A DNA stretch of 64,000 nt from Octopus bimaculoides (lineage: Eukaryota). The notes beneath the pieces are model-generated. The model ran no database searches, was not told the origin of the DNA, and saw only the letters and a list, made by a program, of their open reading frames with translations. Position 1 is the first letter of the stretch. Every line of letters begins with the position of its first letter. The DNA lies in contig NC_068983.1 of NCBI RefSeq assembly GCF_001194135.2, forward strand, positions 136,937,248 to 137,001,247, given 5' to 3'. Made by a program: the position numbers and the translations under genes. Shown here one piece after another: positions 52,925 to 62,049 of this stretch.

Positions 52925-54890
52925 CTTGATTCTTTGATCCAAACTTCTTTTTTAAAGTGAGGTATAAATTCTTCTGGGAGGGCAACAGCAATGGTCTAGG
53001 AAATGTTGGCATACTTCTAGCAGAGAAATGGGTGAATAAGGTGATTGAAGTAGTCAGAATATGTGATAGAGTACTTAAGCTTAGACTAGTTTTGCAGAAT
53101 AGCATGGCAACAATTATCTTGGCCTATGTCCCCCAACCAGGTCTGCCAAATGAACAGAAGAACTGCTTCTATGACACTCTTCTGCTGGCCACTTCAAAGA
53201 CAAATGACCGTGACCTTATCTTTGTGGTTGGTAATTTCAATGGACATGTTGAGCGGCACTCAGGTATATTCCATGGGGTACATGGGGGACACAGATTTGG
53301 TTCCTGAAATGAGGCGGGTACAAGGCTGCTGGAGTTCTGTGACACAAATGACCTAATGATCTGCAATACTAACTTCAGAAAGCCACCCATTCACTTGATA
53401 ACCTGTAAATTTAGTGGCCATGCTAGCCAGATCGACTATATTCTCACCAGAAAGCGAGACTCATGGCTGCTCATAAATGCAAAGGCGTTTCCTGGAGAAG
53501 AATGCACTCCACAGCAAAGTCACTCATTGGGGACTTTAAACTACTGGCTTGTTAGATTCCAAGAAGCAAGCCAGTTTAGAAAAGAAGGCTATGGAAGCTT
53601 AAGAATCCTTTGATTAGTCAGAGATTTAGAGATGTCCTAAATGAAGCATATGATGATGATGATGAGGGGGAGTTACAGACTTGTAGCAAAGAGGTTAAGC
53701 AGAAGTTCCATCAGGACAACTTGCTGAGTGGTACAGACCAAATTTGTGGTTGGTGCAAAGTCCTAGCCAGGCCAAGGGTGACGTGGTGGTGGAAAAAGGT
53801 GGTTGACAGGGCCATTAAAGCAAAGAAACAGGCTTGGAATGACTGGAAGAATGGTGATAGCAAGGAATTATGTCAGGCAGCTAGAAGAAAAGCTAGGAAG
53901 CAGGTGTACTTAGCTGGGAGTGAAGCAGAAAGGGAAAAGTTTGCCAATGTCTTACAGCATGAGGACCAGAAGCTTGAAATGCTTTGGCTTAGGAATAATT
54001 GTGATGTTGTGAGAGAAAAATGTGTTTGTATGGATGATGGTTCACTTGCAGTTAGTGACTCTGCAAAGAAAGAGGCTTGGAAGTGTCACTATGAAAGACG
54101 ACTGAATGTAAAGAACTCATGGGAGCTTTGGCAATATGCTGTGCAGGAGAAGACTCATCAGGCCAAATGAAATTGTAGTTGTGGCTGCACCAATGTCATG
54201 TAAATGGCACCAGTGCATCGCAGTCATTACCATGTAAATGGCACCTGTGTATTGTAGTTGTGGTCATTTGTTGCTGGTGCTATGTAACTGACACTTGTGC
54301 ATCATAGTTGTGATGTTGATGGTACCATGTAAATGGCACTTGTGAATTGTCATGGTTGATGTTGGTGCCATGTAAATGACACCTGTACATTGTAGTCATG
54401 GTCATTGCTGGTGCCATGCAAATGACTCGTTGCGGTCGCTGCTGGTGCAATGTAAATGACACCCACGCATTGTAGTTGTGGCTATTGATGGTACCATGTA
54501 AATGGCACTTGTGAATCATCAGGGTCAATGTTGGTGCCATGTAAATGACACCTGTGCATTGTAGTCATGGTCATCGATGATGCCATGTAAATTGGTACCT
54601 CGGGAATTGTGGCTATTGGTCGTAGTCATTGCTAGTGCCATGCAAATGGCAACCATGAATTGCCAGGATCGCTGCCAGTGCCATGTAATGTAAATGGTAC
54701 CCATGCCAGTGGCACGTAAATGCACCCATTACACTCTTGGAGTGGTTGGCGTTGGGAAGGGCATCCAGCTGTAGAAACCTTGCCAAATCAAACTGGAACC
54801 TGGTACAGCTTTCTGGCTCATCAGCTTCAGTCAAACCATCTAACCCATGCGAACATGGAGAGCAGACGTTAAATGATGATGATAATGATG
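52925..54890 (+). mobile_element. Internally deleted RTE (APE endonuclease, linker, ORF end, hairpin array, tail)
   Basis: GVGILLAEKWV, IILAYVPQ, GNFNGHV, SQIDYIL (APE); jumps from ..NVKNSWE to LWQYAVQEKTHQAK*; array 54175-54725; (ATG)n tail. Confidence 0.88.
54175..54725 (+). repeat. Tandem array of 12-13 units (about 35-55 bp) each centred on GTGCCAT-GTAA-ATGGCAC
   Basis: CATG(T/C)AAATG(G/A)CAC motif counted by eye at about 54207, 54231, 54281, 54326, 54368, 54415, 54449, 54496, 54538, 54584, 54639, 54682, 54712. Confidence 0.85.
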
Positions 54891-54892
54891 TA

Positions 54893-55031
54893 AATTATAA
54901 TCTGCCATCAAAATTTCATGTTGATTTATATTCTAAGCCTAATAACAACAAAGATATTTTTCTAATCTATTTCTCTAAGGCAAGTGCTTAGAACATAGAT
55001 TTACTTGAAATTTTGATGGCAGGTTATAATT
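54893..55031. mobile_element. Short MITE (about 46-bp TIRs)
   Basis: AATTATAATCTGCCATCAAAATTTCA...TGAAATTTTGATGGCAGGTTATAATT. Confidence 0.75.
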
Positions 55032-55710
55032 AACAGGACGTTTCTGTCATAGAAACAGTAGTAGCCTCAGTATGTTGGTTTCATACTGGTTATTATTTCC
55101 ATATACAGATGTTTCATGCTGTGTTTGGGTGTAAAAATAATTTCAAACAACTATCAATATTTAGATTTACTTATTCACTTATAAGCTAACCAACATTTTT
55201 AAAGCAGCTTTAAGCTGTGACTTGTCAGCAGAATACCACGGTTCCTCAAGGCAGTCAGCAAATCAGAAACAATGGTTGCTTTTTGCCAAAGAACTTGTAC
55301 ATGTGATACAAAGTATCTATTTCATGATTTTGGGTCATGGTGGCATATTCTCCAAAATTTGATGCAAAGTAGTGGTCACTGGCCCAAGGGCTACTTCATT
55401 TATTGATACTGGCATCATTTTCCAGTACACGGGATACGTGTCCAAACATAGCTCAAACTGTCATATTTCTTTCAAATACAAATCTTAATGATCTGAGGCA
55501 ATCTTTATGGAGGTTTGGAAAACTCAATATAGCCAAATCAGCATCAAATAGGATGGGGTATTGTCTAAGTCTGTTACATTATATTGAATTAGTGTTCACT
55601 CTATGTCACATACACATGTATGGTCATGTGATTCAAAATTGTATTCTATTTTTGCTGTTTTCATTTATTGACAGTTTATAACTGTTCACTGCAGTTAGCC
55701 CTCACTAAAG

Positions 55711-55805
55711 ATGGATTATCCAGTGCTTTCCAATGGCAACAACAACAGCAGCAGCAGCAGCAACAACAACAACACATCATCAGGACTCAATTCCATATAC
55801 AAAGG
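55711..55805 (+). CDS. Candidate first coding exon of an unidentified plus-strand gene
   Basis: Acceptor TTTTCATTTATTGACAG|55675, Kozak-like AAAG ATG G, MDYPVLSNGNNNSSSSSNNNNTSSGLNSIYK(G), consensus donor GG|GTAAGT. No homology recognised. Confidence 0.35.
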
Positions 55806-56159
55806 GTAAGTTTCTTTATTGTTTGTGTGGTTGGTACTTGTGTTTGTATTGTGATGTTACATGGAAATGAGTTATGTAGGCCTTAAATGCAGAAGACCTG
55901 CAAAGGCTAGAAAGATGCAAAGCAGGCATGCTTTGATTGATTTATGTGTTTGCGTATGTGAACGTCAGAGTACAAGTAAGCTGAATGAAAAACTGGATAT
56001 AAGAGAGATCAAGATCAGCAAGCAATTAAGGCCTGCACAGTTGCTTCAAATGTTGGGCCTGTCTATAACTGAGGACTTCTACTGAAATCACAGCCATGAC
56101 ATATAGCAAAGATTGCATTCCAGTGACTGACCTTTCCCTTTAATGCTCAAACATACTCC

Positions 56160-56580
56160 AGCCCCACAAAATTATTGGCACCCTAAAAGTTTGGGTGAGG
56201 CCTGCAGGGATGTATTGCTCTCACATCTGGATTGATGCACATAGACATCTTAGTCACATCCAGAGAAAAGGCCACCTGAGTGATTAGCATAAAATCACTC
56301 AGATTGTTCCAGTCTCTGGTCCATAAGCTTGCTACCTTTGCTTTCTGTATTTTCAACTACTATGCTCATGGCACCTCCAATCATGCATTCCTGATCTACT
56401 TGTCTCTCCTTTTCTCATCACCCTTTGTTTGGCTGCCCCAGGCACTATGTCCAGTCCTTCCTTCCTAGAATGTCAGCCCTCTGGAATTCCCTTCCTGCTC
56501 AAGTCTTTGCCACAAGTGTCAGCTTAGAAAGGTTCCAGAGACATTGATGGCATCAACTTCACTTGTCTAAGAGAGCCTGC
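56160..56580 (+). mobile_element. CR1/L2/Jockey-type LINE 3' fragment
   Basis: YCSHIW..IQRKA..I..LFQSLVHK....SFLPRMSALWNSLPAQVF. Confidence 0.7.
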
Positions 56581-57364
56581 AAAAACTGTAGATGCTGCCA
56601 CTTTCCCTAGATGCAGCAAAAAAACTCACACATGCTGTGGCTCATTTATGTTTGTTTTGTGTTGCACTGTATCCAGTTGTACTACTGTCTGAGTTGAAAT
56701 ATTCTGGATATTGATAAAATATATACCACTCATGTACTGGGATCAATTTAATCAACAATGTCCTTCTCCTTCAGAATGTTGGGCAAAATGCCTTGTGGTA
56801 TTTACTTACATCCCTTTACATTCTCAGTTTAAATTCTGTTGAGGTTGTCTTTGCCTGTCATTGTTCCAGTGTTGATACAAAAATACCAGTGAAGCATTGG
56901 GAATCAATCAAATAAATTGTACCCTCCCTTAAATTTATGGCAGTGTGCTTATGTTAGATCTCATTATTCTTGTGGTTGGTGACATATTAGTAAGTTTTCA
57001 GTAAATCTAATTTCTGAATCAGTTATTAATTTAAAAAAAAATTTGTTCCACCCATCACTCTTACATGCTCTTTACAAAGTCATGAATATCTCATCTTCCT
57101 GTTACTTCATCTCTCTCTTTCTCTCTCTCTTAAATAAAACCCTTGATTCAATAACACTGTATATAATCTTGGAATGAGCATTTTTAAAGACTATTGGATT
57201 TTACTCATAAGGTATTGGAATCTTATATGTATACCATTCTGCCTAAACAATGGATTTATAAATACAATATCCCTGCATATCTCACATCTGTTTTCGTTCC
57301 TCCATTTCACTCTCTATTTCCTATCTTATCTAAATTAACTATTGCTTAACCATCCTCTCACATT

Positions 57365-57409
57365 GTCTCCGATGAAGGGATATAAATATCCTAGAAACAG
57401 CTGTTAGAC
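57365..57409 (+). ncRNA. Candidate minimal type I hammerhead ribozyme in a Penelope-like 3' end
   Basis: GTCT-CCGATGA-A-GGGATAT(AA)ATATCCT-A-GAAA-CAGCTG-TT-AGAC: stem I GTCT/AGAC, stem II, palindromic stem III ACAGCTGT. Confidence 0.55.
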
Positions 57410-57489
57410 CTATTTATAAGTGTTATAAAATATACACAGCCTTGGTTTTTTATCTCATTACGAAAAGTAAATCCTTATATATATAAATG

Positions 57490-59001
57490 CTGGTTGCCCT
57501 TCATAAACATAATCCTCTCAAAGTTACCATCTGACAGGGTGGCTCACTTGGCCCTCAAAATATCTTTTAGGCACTCAACTGCAGCACTGGATGGGATGGT
57601 GCTGTTATACTTGGTGAACAGGTTGATCAAGACCTGCTCATCCAAAAAAGTGACTTCAGTCAGGACCTCTTTTGAGACAGCCTCCAGCCAGGTCTTCACC
57701 AAGTTCTGCACTTTGGATTTTAGTGACTTGTGGCTCCTGCTCTCTCGGAACTGGGTGATGTTGCTGAAAAAAATCATCTTCCTCATCCTCATTGCTGGTG
57801 GTGCTGCAGCCCTCCTCCTTGGTCTCCATTAGGGCTGTCTCTATAATGGTCTCCATGGCGTTCATTACTCTGCTAACCTGGCAGTTATTATACTGCTTCA
57901 GCCAGAACAGGTGAAACTTGGCATGGAAGGTAGCGGCCACTTGGCACTCCAGGTCTTCTAGGAGGAGCCCAAACCTTTCCATGATGCCTGCCAGTATCGC
58001 ATCTACCAGAGGATTGCAGTACAGGAGATGTTTGAATTCGGCCTCCTTCAACTTCATGATGGCAGCTGCTACAGTTGGCAGAAGGCACCCAAGATAAGCT
58101 TGGTCCTCCCTCTGGATTTTATTCAAAGCCTTGCCAACATTAGACATCACCTGGGCGTACTCCATCAGGAAGTTGACATCAGAATCAGTGAAGGTCTACA
58201 GCTTTAGCTGTGTCGTAACTCTGTGGACAGCTCCCCTATTCTTCTCCAGCAGGTCGTTGAGGACAACAACAGAGTCATAGGTAGAGTTACATTTGGTACT
58301 GTTGAGGACCACCATCCTCCTTTTTGATGCGTCCAGAATGCTATCTGCCACCACTGTGCTGCGGCTCTGCAGATTCCACAGCTGATGTGCCTTGGATATG
58401 GCCTTCCTGTAGGCCAGCTTGAATGAAGCGCTGTCAAGAGCCTTGTCGGCATCCATGCTGCTTACCAAGTTGAAGGTATGGGCTGCGCACTTCGTGTGCA
58501 CTGGCAGGTTTAGACCCAGGCTGCTGTCAAGGATGGTATCAACAGAGATGTACTCAACTTTGTCCACATCCCCAGCCTTGGGATCCATGTCCAGGTTCAC
58601 ATCCATGATAGCCTCCACGTCTGGATCGGCAGCAGCCTCAGGAATGTCTGGCAAGAGATCAATTTCTGTACCAATCTGCATAAATGCCTTAAAGTTTTGC
58701 TGTTGTCCATCGTGGTCCTAGTTACCTTGTTTTGCAGATGGAACTTGTAATGGATGTCCACTATGGTCTGGCTGAGAACATCAAACCTTTGATGTCTTCT
58801 GAGCTGAGAGCAAGCCAGGATGGCATGTTGTCTTGTGCGGGTCTTGGAGTCCAATCAGTGTGCCGTCATCCCCAGGTAGGACCTGTTGTGGGCAGACCAA
58901 CAATCCGCAGTGGTTGCCATGGGAGATATCCTTGAGCAACTTGTAATTTTAAAATGTTAAATTGTAAAGAGACATAAGTTGTAAAGTTAAAAACTTAAAA
59001 T

Positions 59002-59040
<39 letters not shown>

Positions 59041-60700
59041 TTAATAATAATAATAATAATAATCAAGGTGGCTAGCAGCAATTTAAAACGAACAAGGAAA
59101 TAATTCACTGTTACTAAGAGTGACAAGGGTACAGTGAGCACCAGCGTTGCTAGAAATAGGAGTCATAGATTCCTTAACCACAAAAACAAATTGTCTCATC
59201 ATATTGATGGGAGAAAACTCTCCCCACTCTGTGCAAGATGCATTAGATTAACATGCTAATTTCGTATAGGAAATTTATACTCACCAGTAATGCTCACTCC
59301 ATCACAGCTGGTAGAGTCCAACTCACCCTATCAATACTATGGAGAATGCCATTGGAATCAGTGACTGATTTCACAAAATGGCAATGTGAGAATTATAAAA
59401 TCAAGGCCTACTAAAAAAAAGTTTAAAAAACCCCAAAAAACTAGCCTCTCATCCACATCTCCATGCAAGCTACAATGGTTTTTGTGAGCACGTGGTTTGT
59501 ACAATTTTTTGTCGGTAGGACGGAGGCAAGACATTTGATCGCAGTATCTTATGAATATATTGTGTTTATAGAAATCACACAGATTATAGTTTAACATTCG
59601 TTACTAGGCTGTTCTAAATTCATGGAAATATTGCTTATAATTGAAAGCCTTGTTATTAATCTTTCGAAAATAGTGACACTACCTTGATAGGTGACACGTT
59701 ACGGGTGATGAATAACTGAGATGAGGGATGGAATGATGGTTGGAATTTAATAAGTTCAGAAATTAAGGTTCATTTATTAGTTATTTCATTAAAGACTGCT
59801 GTTTTGCTGTACATATATTATATATTATGACATTTATTTCAGTTAACTATTATACATTTTATTACATTAATTAAGAAAATATGAAGTTCATCACAATAAT
59901 AAATTAATAATCTTGTATAATTTTGATTTATAAATACCTTGTAAGATACTCCTCCACCTGTTTATGGCTGGCCAAGATCATCCTGCCCAGAGTGCGGTGG
60001 GACATTGATGTGTTGCTGAGGTTCAGTGTCTTGATCAAGCTGACCAAGGTGGAGGACTCCACTACATGCAGTGGTAGCATGTTGTCGACAAACAAGTCTA
60101 CAATCCTTTTCTCCACCATAAACTGACAAATGCCACTGCCAGCATTTTGGGCAAATACCTCGCCAATTCTCGGCTGACATGCTTTCTTTGCACATTGTTG
60201 TGATGACTGGCTACTGGCACTGCTACCAGAAGATTATCTGTTTCCCACGGAAAGAGCCAGCTTTGTTCCTCTCCTCAAACTGGATGGCATGTGCTGGGTG
60301 TTTCCTCTTGACATGCGATTTCAAGTTGTAGAGGCTCACCGCTTGTCCCTTGATGGTAATCTCCTTGGGCTGGCACATGATGTACTGGAAGTACAGGATT
60401 TTGGTATTCCTCTTACTCCTTGACATAAGGACAAAATAGGCTTCCATGTGGGACCACGAGTTCTAAGGTTCCTGGCTCTCAACCTGAGTGACCTCTACCT
60501 CACCCACAGCCATTGCAGACTTCCCAACAGGCCCTTCATCCTCAGGCCAAACAAAAACATCTTCACCTTCCATAGCGATAAGCTAATAATCTACACTGCT
60601 GTCGCTGACACTGTAAGATTGTCTGTAATGTGACAATGTCGGAAGTGAACACAACTCAGAACTGCAGAATTACACAAAGCTGCTCAGCTAGCTGCTGCTG
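57490..60700 (-). pseudogene. Tol2-like hAT transposase pseudogene
   Basis: BED-finger-like W.HMEAYF..NLKSHVKRKHP; ATTADCWSAHNRSYLGMTAH(W>*); CAAHTFNLV; LGCLLPTV; hATC LFTKYNSTIPSSAAVE. At least 2 stops and 3 frameshifts; TIRs not identified. Confidence 0.92.
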
Positions 60701-60796
60701 CATCGACCAATCACATCTTGTCACATGTACACACAGTCAGCTTGATGGACTCTTTGAGACATGCCCACAACAGATAGGAACAAACATATGAATTTT

Positions 60797-60908
60797 GTTA
60801 GTGGACTTAACCCTTTAACATTTAAACCAGCCATATCCGGCCAAAAGTATTCTGCCTGATTTATGTTCAAACTGGCCAGATCTGGTCTCTCACACCAACC
60901 CTATATAT
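60797..60908 (+). mobile_element. piggyBac-like MITE end (TTAA|CCCTTT), truncated by gap
   Basis: TTAACCCTTTAACATTTAAACC start; opposite end hidden by Ns. Confidence 0.4.
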
Positions 60909-61351
60909 NNNNNNNNNNNNNNNNNNNNNNNNNNNNNNNNNNNNNNNNNNNNNNNNNNNNNNNNNNNNNNNNNNNNNNNNNNNNNNNNNNNNNNNNNNNN
61001 NNNNNNNNNNNNNNNNNNNNNNNNNNNNNNNNNNNNNNNNNNNNNNNNNNNNNNNNNNNNNNNNNNNNNNNNNNNNNNNNNNNNNNNNNNNNNNNNNNNN
61101 NNNNNNNNNNNNNNNNNNNNNNNNNNNNNNNNNNNNNNNNNNNNNNNNNNNNNNNNNNNCAGCAGTCTACCTCCCACACACAGCCCCTCGTTCCCGATCA
61201 CCGTTTGTTATCTCCCCCTTTCTTAGCTCTCCTGAAATAAGAATTTCTAACTTCCGGTCAGTCATTGTTATGATCGGCCATTATTATGATTGACCGTTGA
61301 CTGAACACTATTCAATTTTTTTTCTCCGTGTTTTTCTCCTTGTCTCCGTAT

Positions 61352-61388
61352 TCTTTCTGTTGAAGAGCGTAGCTCGAAACGTCAAAGA
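61352..61388 (+). ncRNA. Candidate minimal type I hammerhead ribozyme in a Penelope-like 3' end
   Basis: TCTTT-CTGTTGA-A-GAGC(GTA)GCTC-GAAAC-GTC-AAAGA: 5-bp stem I, 4-bp stem II, palindromic ACGT stem III, GUC cleavage triplet. Confidence 0.65.
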
Positions 61389-62049
61389 CTTTCCGTATTC
61401 CCGAGCGTCATACTAATATATACTTTTGTTATTTACACCACCTGTCCTCGTCTGTTGTTATTTTTTGTATATTCTCCCTTATATAATAATGCATGCACAC
61501 ACATGTATGTGTGCGTGCATATATCAATATACACTTCTTTCTTTCTCCCTGATTTCTCTACCCACTCTATCACATTAGCCAGTAGAATAAACATATAAGT
61601 CTGTTTATAGAAACTTGACCATTCTTAGTATTCTTCCCTTCCAATTTGTAGTTTACTACTCACTTTAGAAACCCCATTATTCCATCTTTACATTCTGAGT
61701 TCAAATTCTGCCAAGGTCAATTGCCTTTCATCCTTTTGGTGTCAATAAAATAAGTACCAGTTGAGAACTGGAGTTGATATAATTGACTAGCTCAACCCAC
61801 TCAAAACTTCAGGCCTCTTCGTTTACCATTTATGGGTGTTGCAATTTTAACCATTATTTTATGGATATATCTGTGTTTCTGCTGAGAAAGCTTCATCCTG
61901 TTCTAATCATGGAATGGGTGTTCACCTGCTGCATAACAGTTTCAGATTTATAGTTTCTTGCAAAATTTCTTCACTAAATGACCAGCACAAGTTAAATGAT
62001 TTTAGGAGAAAATGTACTTGTCTCTTTTCCTTCGTTGTACCTAAATGAT

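Noticed and set aside
54175-54725. CRISPR-like array (palindromic repeats with spacers)
   Set aside because: Spacers resemble each other and vary irregularly, there are no cas genes, the context is eukaryotic, and the array is embedded in an RTE 3' region.
55090-55200. THAP domain start (VFGCKN...FRF)
   Set aside because: First Cys and the downstream W/C/H residues are missing; the match is too short to support.
55668-55886. PolyQ protein ORF
   Set aside because: The Gln frame lacks a good start and reads through a consensus donor; the ATG-initiated Asn/Ser frame fits the splice signals better, and even that is tentative.
59280-59370. Cryptic minus-strand exon with GTGAGT donors inside the hAT interruption
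   Set aside because: No frame links to the transposase and no recognisable product.
57490-60700. Domesticated ZBED-type host gene
   Set aside because: In-frame stops (58855-58857, 58196-58198), several frameshifts and damaged RWNS/ERLFS motifs indicate a dead transposon.
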